From an uncultured Halieaceae bacterium (GTDB taxonomy: Bacteria; Pseudomonadota; Gammaproteobacteria; Pseudomonadales; Halieaceae): a DNA stretch of 30,929 nt. Position 1 is the first letter of the stretch; the number at the start of each line of letters is the position of its first letter. The position numbers and the translations under genes were made by a program. The notes under the pieces are model-generated. The model worked only from the letters and a program-made list of their open reading frames with translations. It was not told the DNA's origin and did not search any database. Shown piece by piece: positions 9,089 to 17,123 of the stretch. The stretch lies in assembly GCA_938045215.1 (NCBI GenBank), contig CALINF010000331.1, positions 1-30,929 on the forward strand. The letters run 5' to 3'.

Positions 9089-9439
9089 ATGCCAGAAATC
9101 AGCGTACAGCACGGATGTGCTTCTCTTACCGATTTGGTCAAAGTGGACTCATTCGGCGACCCTATTGGCGAGCTTCCGCTACAGACCGACAAGGGCTTCT
9201 TCGAACAAGGTAATATGGTTGCAGGCACCTGGGAGTGCGAGGTGGGCGCGCTGAAGCTCGACCTCGATGTGACCGAATTCTGCCATCTGCTGGAAGGACA
9301 CTGGAAGCTTACGTCAGAGTCAGGACAGGTAACCGAAGTGAAAGCCGGCGACAGTTGGGTATTCCCAAAAGGGTGGAAAGGTACTGCCGAAGTGCTGCAG
9401 AAAGTCCGCAAGGTCTATCTGATGATAATGCCGGGTTAA
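9089..9439 (+). CDS. DUF861 (Cupin_3) cupin, cytoplasmic
   Basis: AGTWECEVG, TEFCHLLEGHWKLT and VKAGDSWVFPKGWKGT. CAGGAG SD. DUF861 cupins commonly neighbour PuuB-like oxidases. Confidence 0.85.
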   Translation: MPEISVQHGCASLTDLVKVDSFGDPIGELPLQTDKGFFEQGNMVAGTWECEVGALKLDLDVTEFCHLLEGHWKLTSESGQVTEVKAGDSWVFPKGWKGTAEVLQKVRKVYLMIMPG

Positions 9440-9546
9440 CTTCCCTATCCCCTACCCCACCGTTATAGCTGCTCTCTCCGGGCGCGGCCTCAGGTAATCT
9501 GCTGGTCGCCCTGTACGGTGGCTGTTAACGCCGGATTTCGCGCACT

Positions 9547-10848
9547 CTAAAGAGCATCCTTGAGCTTGTACCAGCTCATCCCCAGCGCGAGACCGGGCCG
9601 GCGCAGGAGCTTACCTCCAGGGAATGGCCAATGTGGAATTCTGGCAAACACATTAAAACGTTCGGGTGAGCCGCTGATCATCTCGGCCATGATGCGGGCC
9701 ATGATGTGTGTGGGAGCCACCCCATGCCCCGAATAGGCCTGAATGTAGCTGACTCCTTCTGACAGGTGACCGAGCTGGGGCATACGATTGATACCGATAC
9801 CAATCTGCCCACTCCAGCCATAGTCGACCTGAGCATCTTGCAGTTCGGGAAATACCTTATGCATCTTGCGGGACAGGACGCCCACCACGTCGCTGGGTTC
9901 AAGTCCGGAATAGTTCGATAAGCCACCAAACAACATGCGCTTGTCGGCGGACAGGCGAAAATAATCAAGCGCCGTTCGTGGATCACAAACGGCCACATCA
10001 CCCGGTAGAATTTTCTGCGCCAGGTTATCAGGCAAGGGGGCGGTGGCAATAACCGAACTGCTGGAGGGCAACACGCGACTGGCAAGGCGACTGACCAAAC
10101 CCCCGAGATACGCATTGCCACACAAAATCACCTTGCGTGCAGTGATGCTGCCGCGCTCCGTGACTACACGAGGCCTGGGCCCCTGCACCAGGTTCAGCAC
10201 CCTGGATTGCTCAAAAATTCTGGTGCCTAGCCGCTCCGCGGCCCTCGCCTCGCCAATGCAGAGATTCAGCGGATGAATATGCCCATTGGCGTAATTGAGC
10301 AATCCTCCGAGATACTGCTGCGAGCTCACAAACTGTTTCAGCTCATCCTTGTCCAGCAGTGTGTATTCGTGTGTATTGCCGATCGACTTTTCAAAGTCCT
10401 TCCACTGGGCAAACGCCGTCATATGCCGAGGCTTCAATGCGACATCGCAGTATCCCCATTTCAGGTCGCAATCGATTTCATACTTCTCAACACGCTCGGC
10501 AATAATGTCGCGTGCCTCCAGACCCATCTGATAAATCGCCCGCACGCCCTCTTCGCCGATGTGTTTGGTGAATCGCTCAGGATCGTGACCAATACCACCT
10601 ATGATCTGTCCGCCATTGCGGCCGGTGGCGCCCCAACTGATCCGATTCGCCTCCAACAACGCCACGTCTATCCCGCGCTCGGCTAATTCAAGGGCTGTAT
10701 TGACGCCACTAAACCCACCACCTACAACCACCACATCAGCGTCGATATCCTCTTCCAGAGTGGGGTAGTCGGTCTGCCAGTTAGCGGTAGCAGCGTAAAA
10801 GGAGCAGGTATGCTCTTGAGTTTCAGACGGACTCTTTAGTCCCAGCAT
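9547..10848 (-). CDS. puuB: Gamma-glutamylputrescine oxidase-like FAD oxidoreductase (PuuB/PauB, DAO family)
   Basis: SFYAATAN, VVVVGGGFSG, GATGRNGGQ, GHIHPLNL, DYFRLSADKRMLFGG and YSGHGV. A strong GGAGG SD precedes ATG 10848. Confidence 0.85.
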   Translation of the reverse strand: MLGLKSPSETQEHTCSFYAATANWQTDYPTLEEDIDADVVVVGGGFSGVNTALELAERGIDVALLEANRISWGATGRNGGQIIGGIGHDPERFTKHIGEEGVRAIYQMGLEARDIIAERVEKYEIDCDLKWGYCDVALKPRHMTAFAQWKDFEKSIGNTHEYTLLDKDELKQFVSSQQYLGGLLNYANGHIHPLNLCIGEARAAERLGTRIFEQSRVLNLVQGPRPRVVTERGSITARKVILCGNAYLGGLVSRLASRVLPSSSSVIATAPLPDNLAQKILPGDVAVCDPRTALDYFRLSADKRMLFGGLSNYSGLEPSDVVGVLSRKMHKVFPELQDAQVDYGWSGQIGIGINRMPQLGHLSEGVSYIQAYSGHGVAPTHIMARIMAEMISGSPERFNVFARIPHWPFPGGKLLRRPGLALGMSWYKLKDAL

Positions 10849-10933
10849 TGAATTCCTCCAAGAAAAACTTTCACTAACTAACACGACAACAACAGCGGAA
10901 AACTGCCGGAATAGCTGCGTTCGATATTGAGCC

Positions 10934-10948
10934 TTAATCGCAGATTAA
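10934..10948. promoter_or_regulatory. Palindrome TTAATC-GCA-GATTAA in the puuB/puuA divergent region, candidate operator
   Basis: Perfect 6-bp arms seen in the sequence. Function is inferred from position only. Confidence 0.3.
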
Positions 10949-11078
10949 CGTCAAACCTGTGCACGTTGGCACTGCACTCCCGCCCTATACGTCAGGTAGA
11001 CGAGCGTTCACAGAGCAGATTAGCTATTCTTGTTTAACGCACGCCATGAAGACAACACAGGATGGAAAGGTTCAACTG

Positions 11079-12464
11079 ATGAAGATCGCCCCGCAATCTG
11101 AGCTAGAGCATTTTTTGCAATCGCACCCTGATGTTCAAATGCTGGAACTACTCATGCCGGACATCAATGGCATTCTGCGCTGCAAACGCATACACCGACG
11201 CGAATTCGACAGTTTATTCGATCGCAGTTTCAAGGCCCCGCTGAGCGTCCCACTACTTGGCATAATGGGTGAGTTGTACGATGAGGACCTATCTCACGAC
11301 CTGCTGGCGGGCGATCCCGATCAACTCCTGTTGCCAATTACAGGATCGCTGGCAACGATACCCTGGCTGGAATCGTCCACGGCTCAGGTCTTGGGTGGGT
11401 TTGCGGATATGGATTTGCAACCATCATGGACCGATCCTAGAAACGTACTGGCCAACGTGCTGGATCAATACACCAGCAGGCAACTAAAGCCGGTGGTCGC
11501 AACGGAGCTGGAGTTCTATCTACTGGCTAACAACAGCGACTCGGTCCCCTCCCCCCTTATGGGTGAGATACCGGGCACCGATCTCAAACAACAGGGCATA
11601 CAGTACTGCATGGCAGACGATCTGTTTGAATGCGACGCATTCCTGGATGACGTTAGAAAAGCCTGCGAGACTCAGAATGTACCCCTGACTGCCATACACT
11701 CGGAGTTCTCCGCAGGTCAGTGGGAAATTAATACCCATCATACAGACGATCCTGTGACGGCCTGCGACCACGCCGTATTGTTGAAACGCATCGTCAAAGG
11801 CGTTGCGCGCAAACACGGCTTTGGAGCTACCTTCATGGCTAAGCCCTTCGATGAATCCGCCGGCAGCGGTCTACACATTCATGCCAGCGTTTACGGTAGC
11901 GATGGCCGTAACATCTTCGCCGAGCTAAGCGGTGAATCGTCTACGGTTGTCTCAGACACGCTTCTGCATGCGATTGGAGGTCTGAGCGATACTCTGAGTG
12001 AGTCGATGGCAATCTTCGCGCCAAACGCAAACTCGTACCGCCGTTTCAAGGCTGGCGCTTTTGCCCCTTCCTCCCATACCTGGGGCCACAACCACCGGGA
12101 GGTGGCATTGCGTATACCCGTATCGTCGCCGGATAATCGGCGGATTGAACACCGGGTCGCGGGAGCAGATGCCAACCCTTACCTTGTAATGGCTGCAGTA
12201 CTGGCGGGCCTACTCCATGGTATGAGCAACAAGCTGGACCCCGGAGCGCCAATACCCAGCGGTGCCGATCTGTCTAATTCGCAAGTCACGCTGCCGCGTC
12301 GATGGGATGAAGCGCTCGCGCTGTTTAGAAGCAGCACAATACTGCCGGAGTATCTGGGTAAAACCTACTGCGACACCTTTGCCGCACTGCGCCAGGGTGA
12401 GTGTAACGACTATCATGGCCGCGTTTCCAACCTCGACTATGAGTGGTATCTCAGAGCACTGTAG
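11079..12464 (+). CDS. puuA: Glutamine synthetase-like gamma-glutamyl-polyamine synthetase (PuuA/PauA), copy 1
   Basis: PDINGILRCK, ATELEFY, EFSAGQWEIN, GSGLHIH, NANSYRR and RIEHRVAGADANPY. The GS-I YEAP flap is replaced by AFAP...TWG. Divergent from puuB. Confidence 0.85.
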   Translation: MKIAPQSELEHFLQSHPDVQMLELLMPDINGILRCKRIHRREFDSLFDRSFKAPLSVPLLGIMGELYDEDLSHDLLAGDPDQLLLPITGSLATIPWLESSTAQVLGGFADMDLQPSWTDPRNVLANVLDQYTSRQLKPVVATELEFYLLANNSDSVPSPLMGEIPGTDLKQQGIQYCMADDLFECDAFLDDVRKACETQNVPLTAIHSEFSAGQWEINTHHTDDPVTACDHAVLLKRIVKGVARKHGFGATFMAKPFDESAGSGLHIHASVYGSDGRNIFAELSGESSTVVSDTLLHAIGGLSDTLSESMAIFAPNANSYRRFKAGAFAPSSHTWGHNHREVALRIPVSSPDNRRIEHRVAGADANPYLVMAAVLAGLLHGMSNKLDPGAPIPSGADLSNSQVTLPRRWDEALALFRSSTILPEYLGKTYCDTFAALRQGECNDYHGRVSNLDYEWYLRAL

Positions 12465-12482
12465 TACTGGCTTTAAATGACA

Positions 12483-13253
12483 CTAGGCGGAAAATTTTTC
12501 CTGGGAACGGCGGTAGTGCGCAGGTGTTTGACCCGTCGCCTTTTTGAACGCAGCGTAAAACGTTGATGTCGAGTTAAAACCCACCTGTAGCGCTACGTCG
12601 AGGATCGATGCGGTTTCATTTCCGCCCAAGGCCAGTATTCGTGTGGCTTCCGCCACCCGATGGCGATTCACAAAGTCAAAGAATGAAACACCGTGCCCTT
12701 CGTTGATTGCCTGCGATAGATGGTTAACTGAACAACCCAACATAGCTGCGAGCTGGGGCAGCGACAAGTGCGAATCCAGATACACCCTATCCTCGTTCAT
12801 CGCTTCCGACAAACGCACTGTGACCGCCCTCAAGCCCGATGCACTGAGCCCCGACTTTGCGTATCGCTTGCCATGAGAGGAGCCTGCGGTAACACGACCT
12901 ATAAGCTGCGGCTCTCGATAGTAGTCCTCGATTTTTAGCGCGCTATCCCCGTCCATGGTGATGAACTCCGCGCCGATCCAACCTGTTGCGGGATCCTCAT
13001 CTCCCTCCGGAGATGCTCGATACTGAAACGCGATAGTGGACTCTCCTGCAAGCACCTCTCCTACCAACGTGTAGCAATGGTTATCCTGACGAAAATACTC
13101 CTGAAGATGGCTGACCAGCTCATCTCGTGCGAGCAGCTGCTGGGAAGGAATATCGAAATAGGTGCCTCCTCGAGAGAGATGATCGGCGACCTGTTTAGGA
13201 TCATGCCGATTCCAGGCATCGAAGTAGCTTTCCACAAAATCAGAGGTCAACAT
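12483..13253 (-). CDS. AraC family regulator with an N-terminal SnoaL/NTF2-like domain
   Basis: N-terminal FVESYFDAWNRHD...YFDIP is SnoaL-like. C-terminal LSLPQLAAMLGCSVNHLSQAIN, FFDFVNRHRV and ILDVALQVGFNSTSTFYAAFKKATGQTP form the AraC double HTH. Confidence 0.85.
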   Translation of the reverse strand: MLTSDFVESYFDAWNRHDPKQVADHLSRGGTYFDIPSQQLLARDELVSHLQEYFRQDNHCYTLVGEVLAGESTIAFQYRASPEGDEDPATGWIGAEFITMDGDSALKIEDYYREPQLIGRVTAGSSHGKRYAKSGLSASGLRAVTVRLSEAMNEDRVYLDSHLSLPQLAAMLGCSVNHLSQAINEGHGVSFFDFVNRHRVAEATRILALGGNETASILDVALQVGFNSTSTFYAAFKKATGQTPAHYRRSQEKFSA

Positions 13254-13300
13254 CTGCAACAGACCCTACCAACAGTACAATAGACTACATTGAATACCAT
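13247..13300 (-). CDS. Possible 17-aa leader peptide (MVFNVVYCTVGRVCCRC) overlapping the regulator start codon
   Basis: AGGAGG (13314-13309) lies 8 nt before ATG 13300. The stop TGA (13249-13247) overlaps ATG TTG A of the AraC gene by 7 nt. Confidence 0.3.
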   Translation of the reverse strand: MVFNVVYCTVGRVCCRC

Positions 13301-13306
13301 ATACCT

Positions 13307-13406
13307 CCCCTCCTGTCATGAACGGCGAAGCGCGAAGACGATCATGCTGTACCGCAATTACCAACCAATGCCTGTAGGCATGGAAGCGCAATCGGTGACA
13401 GAGGGG
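13307..13406. other. Predicted structured RNA element in the araC / membrane-protein divergent region
   Basis: Outer arms CCCCTCCTGTCA (13307-13318) and TGACAGAGGGG (13396-13406) pair with one bulge. Inner hairpin ATGCCT-GT-AGGCAT at 13368-13381. Confidence 0.3.
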
Positions 13407-13448
13407 TTATGTTAGTCTCACGCATTCGACAGCCGACAAGCCTTTGCT

Positions 13449-14306
13449 ATGAGCCACCACCCTACCGACACAGCCATGGCCCAACGAGCGGGGTTTGATC
13501 CACGGCAGTTGATCAAGGTCGTTGTGTACGGCCTGCTGCTCGTAAACTTTGGTCTTTATCTTGTCGAAGATATAGCGATATCTGCTCATACGCTTCGCAA
13601 CGGCGGGACATGGCTGGACTATACGGCTGCTTTTGCGGTGTCTCTGGATGTACTTGCATGGCTTACTCTTCTGGCTCTGTTCGAACTTGAAACCTACCTG
13701 CTTTCTGACGACGCCTTTACACCTCGCAGAATAAAGGCGATGCACGGCATCAGAATTGTCTGCTACCTGTTTCTTGCACACACCCTGCTAGCTTACGCGA
13801 ATGCTGGCAAGGATCTCATAGGTCTGACTCCGATACAGGAGACAGATAGCCTGTGTCAGCTGGTGGGGCGCGACATTTCTTTTGGTTTTAATCTGGAGTA
13901 CACCGAGCTGAATCTGGAAAACTGCATCGAGTTATCCCGTGCGACAGAGTTCTACTTAATCGAGAACGACTCGGTGGTGACCGATGCGCAAGGGCTGCAG
14001 ATAGAGAGGGAGCTTGTCTGGCTGGATCTGGTTGAAGCTGTTACCTGGCTGGTGATCCTGCTTTGCATGGAGGTCATCGTGCGCTTGCAGGATCGCGGGA
14101 CAACTCGCGGCGTGCTGATTCGCAGTGCCAGCGGGATCAAACTCTTCCTCTACCTGTTGCTGTGGGGCGCGGCGGCTTACTGGATTTACCGGGGGCATTA
14201 TATGTATGCCTGGGATGAAGCGCTGTGGATTCTCGGCTTCTTCGCTATCGAGATGAATATCTCGGACTGGAAGAAAGAAATTCGAAGTGCTGACGCAGCG
14301 CCCTAG
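13449..14306 (+). CDS. Hypothetical 6-TM membrane protein with three internal two-helix repeats
   Basis: Three [K/R]xxxYxxL helices alternate with three [D/E]xxxWx7E helices. A large loop contains two Cys (136 and 159). Alternative start at 13476. Confidence 0.8.
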   Translation: MSHHPTDTAMAQRAGFDPRQLIKVVVYGLLLVNFGLYLVEDIAISAHTLRNGGTWLDYTAAFAVSLDVLAWLTLLALFELETYLLSDDAFTPRRIKAMHGIRIVCYLFLAHTLLAYANAGKDLIGLTPIQETDSLCQLVGRDISFGFNLEYTELNLENCIELSRATEFYLIENDSVVTDAQGLQIERELVWLDLVEAVTWLVILLCMEVIVRLQDRGTTRGVLIRSASGIKLFLYLLLWGAAAYWIYRGHYMYAWDEALWILGFFAIEMNISDWKKEIRSADAAP

Positions 14307-15514
14307 AACGCCGGTGGTGGTGTTGCGCGCGCCCTGGCCGGTGCCCAGAAGGGCTTATCCTTGACCTCACAGCGTGCAACCTTGCGATAATACCGCAGCT
14401 CTTTTTGATAGTAGATCTCTGCCCAAATCTCACGATCCAGCATCGATGTCTCGACCATGGCAAGCGCGATGTTCGCCTTGACAGAGGGAGACCACATGGC
14501 TGATGTGATATAGCCAATCTCTTTACTACACCGTTTACCGCTGTACAGAATCGCCCCCTCTGCAGGTTTGTTGCCCTCGATATCCAGTTTCGTAAGCGTG
14601 TATCTGGGGCCCCGATCGCGCTCCTCCAGCAGGGCGCGGCGTCCATTAAAATGCGGCTTTTTGAAATCCACCAACCAGCCCAGATTCAGCTCGAACGGCG
14701 TCTGGTCGTGCTGAAAATGAATGGTCTTTAACGCCTCGGAAAATTCCATATCCGGCATAATAAAGCCAGCTTCCAGTCGAGCCATATTGGTCGCCGCTTC
14801 CCCATAGGGGTGTATCCCGTGATGCTCGCCCGCTGCGTAAAGTGCATCCCACATCGCTATTGCCTGAGACGGGTCTATCCACAGCTCGTAACCTAAGTCA
14901 CCCGTAAAGCCTGTGCGTGAAACCATCAGCGACGCGTCGTTGAAAGGGAAATGCATCACGCCAAACGGCTTCAGGTTTTCGATACCATCGAGACCCATGG
15001 TCAGCAATGTGGCGCAGGACGTGGGGCCCTGCAAAGACAGTGCCGCATAGCGCTCTGTCATATCTTCGACTGACAGATCATCAAACCCCAGACAGCTCTT
15101 GCGCAGCCAGGCCAGGCACGGACTCCCACAGGTCAGCATGAAACGATCCTCGCCAAGCCTGAAGATTGTTCCGTCATCAACCATGCGGCCTTCATCGGTA
15201 CACCAGCAAACGTAGGTGACCCTGTCGACTTTCAACTTGGACACGTCCCGTGTAACCATGCGATCCAGCATGGCAACTGCATCCGGCCCACTGATCATAT
15301 ATTTCTGCATGGGGCAGATGCCGTAGGTGGCACAGGTATTTCTGATGCAGAAATATTCGTACTCGGCATCGTAATAGTAATCGGCAAACTTAAACCCGTT
15401 CCACGAGGACCACGCATCGCGCAGGTTCATCGGTGCCTGGCGCTCATGAAAATGCGAGTGCTTTAGTCGCTCCCCCGCAAACGGATCATTGTGGGCGATG
15501 GCTTCACTCGTCAT
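14303..15514 (-). CDS. Stand-alone GcvT-like aminomethyltransferase (folate-binding) family protein
   Basis: GRMVDDGTIFRL, ALSLQGP, SRTGFTGDLGYELW, ARLEAG, FNGRRAL and IGYITSAMWSP. GAGG SD lies 9 nt before ATG 15514 (alternative start 15523). It overlaps the upstream stop. Confidence 0.87.
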   Translation of the reverse strand: MTSEAIAHNDPFAGERLKHSHFHERQAPMNLRDAWSSWNGFKFADYYYDAEYEYFCIRNTCATYGICPMQKYMISGPDAVAMLDRMVTRDVSKLKVDRVTYVCWCTDEGRMVDDGTIFRLGEDRFMLTCGSPCLAWLRKSCLGFDDLSVEDMTERYAALSLQGPTSCATLLTMGLDGIENLKPFGVMHFPFNDASLMVSRTGFTGDLGYELWIDPSQAIAMWDALYAAGEHHGIHPYGEAATNMARLEAGFIMPDMEFSEALKTIHFQHDQTPFELNLGWLVDFKKPHFNGRRALLEERDRGPRYTLTKLDIEGNKPAEGAILYSGKRCSKEIGYITSAMWSPSVKANIALAMVETSMLDREIWAEIYYQKELRYYRKVARCEVKDKPFWAPARARATPPPAF

Positions 15515-17123
15515 AGCAATCATCCTCAGGTACGGTGTTGGGCCGCTTCAGGTCGATCAGGATCTCGCGTGCCGCATTGGCGCCGCACGCGGAAGAGACG
15601 CCGCCTCCGGGGTGGGTTGATGATCCACACATATACATATTTTTTAGGGGCATTCTGTATTGCCCGTAGCCCGGGAAAGGGCGGTTGAAAAGCAGTTGAT
15701 CAATCGTAAGCTCTCCCTGAAAAATATTGCCCTCTGTCAGCCCTATCTCGTTCTCAATTTCGTGAGGGGTGCGCACTTCCATGTGAACAATGAGGTCTTT
15801 GAACCCCGGGCTATAGCGCTCGAGTTTATCAATGACCGTTTGCCCAAACTGATCCCGTTTCTCGGGTGTCCAGGGTCCATCAGCAAGCTCGGGTGGGCAG
15901 TACTGGACAAAATTGGACATCCAGTGCTTACCGACAGGCGCCACGGTGGGATCCCAAGCCGAAGGAATAATCGATTCAATAAAAGGATCGTCAGACCAGC
16001 GGCCGCGCTTCCAGCAATCGTACGCTCGCTCCATGGTTTCCAGTGAACCTGCAAAACCCTGCCCGCCGCGGTTGATGTAGCGATTGTCGGGCACATTGTT
16101 AAACTTCGGCATCCCAGACAACGCAATATTCACTTTGCCCGATGAGCCACGGATCTTGAAGTTTTTGGCTCGCTCGAAGATGCCCGGCGGCAGGTCCTTC
16201 TTGTCCATCACCTTGGTAAAGGTACGACGCGCATCCAGGTTCGATACGACGATACCAGCGTGAACCTCTTCGCCACTCTCCAGTGCCACTCCCACAGCCT
16301 TGCCATCTTCAACCAAAATCTGTTGAACCCCGGCCCCGGTACGTATCTCTCCGCCTTCAGCCTGTAATGCACTAGCCAGCGCGTTTGAAATTGCGCCCAT
16401 ACCACCGCGAGCCAAACCCCAGGCACCCACGTTGCCATCCACGTCGCCCATGACGTGGTGCAACAGAATATAGGCGGAACCCGGTGAATACACGCCCAGC
16501 GCAGTTCCAATGATGCCAGGACTGGCCATAGCGGCCTTAATCAGGTCGCTCTCAAAGTATTCATCCAGAAACTCAGCAGCACTCATCGTGAAAAAACGCA
16601 CATACTCATAGAGTTCTCGTTCACCCAAAGACCAGAACTCTTTGGCCAGAAACAACATCTCACGGATATCGCGCGGCTTGAATGAACTAGGATCCGGGGG
16701 CGTTCGCATCAACGTCTTGCGGATCAGCTGTGCATAGCGCCCCAGGTCTGCCTGAAAGCGCATCATAGAGTCTGCATCGTGCGGTGAATGCCGTCTCAAT
16801 TCCAGATAGCTGGCTTCGGCATCTGGATAATCTATGAGTGTCTCGCCGCTGTCGCTAAAAGTTACTGTGCCCAGGTAAGGCACCAGAAGCAGACCATGTC
16901 GGGTAAGATCAAGATCGCGATGAATGCTTTGACGCATCATGCTGCACACATAGGAACAGCTGGAGTAGAACCATCCATCGTGCATCTCGCGGGTGACCGC
17001 CGCGCCACCGATGTAGTCGTTCTTCTCTACCACCACCACGTCCAAACCGGCTTTTGCCAGGTATGCGGCATTGGTCAAGCCGTTGTGACCAGCGCCAACA
17101 ACGATGGCATCGTACTGTTTCAT
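15504..17123 (-). CDS. COG1233 (PYROXD2-like) FAD oxidoreductase, copy C
   Basis: GAGHNGL, IGGAAVT, YILLHHVMGD...GAWGLARGGMG, TEGNIFQGEL and YMCGSSTHPGGGVS. Confidence 0.9.
   Translation of the reverse strand: MKQYDAIVVGAGHNGLTNAAYLAKAGLDVVVVEKNDYIGGAAVTREMHDGWFYSSCSYVCSMMRQSIHRDLDLTRHGLLLVPYLGTVTFSDSGETLIDYPDAEASYLELRRHSPHDADSMMRFQADLGRYAQLIRKTLMRTPPDPSSFKPRDIREMLFLAKEFWSLGERELYEYVRFFTMSAAEFLDEYFESDLIKAAMASPGIIGTALGVYSPGSAYILLHHVMGDVDGNVGAWGLARGGMGAISNALASALQAEGGEIRTGAGVQQILVEDGKAVGVALESGEEVHAGIVVSNLDARRTFTKVMDKKDLPPGIFERAKNFKIRGSSGKVNIALSGMPKFNNVPDNRYINRGGQGFAGSLETMERAYDCWKRGRWSDDPFIESIIPSAWDPTVAPVGKHWMSNFVQYCPPELADGPWTPEKRDQFGQTVIDKLERYSPGFKDLIVHMEVRTPHEIENEIGLTEGNIFQGELTIDQLLFNRPFPGYGQYRMPLKNMYMCGSSTHPGGGVSSACGANAAREILIDLKRPNTVPEDDCYDE

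Noticed and set aside
10886-10894. ACAACAACA as a Crc/Hfq catabolite-repression motif
   Set aside because: It is on the wrong strand for the adjacent puuB leader and far from the puuA start.
10967-10983. Sigma-54 promoter (TGGCAC)
   Set aside because: There is no TTGC -12 element at the required spacing.
14303-15514. Glycine cleavage system gcvT
   Set aside because: No gcvP or gcvH is nearby, and the gene is coupled to flavoprotein genes.
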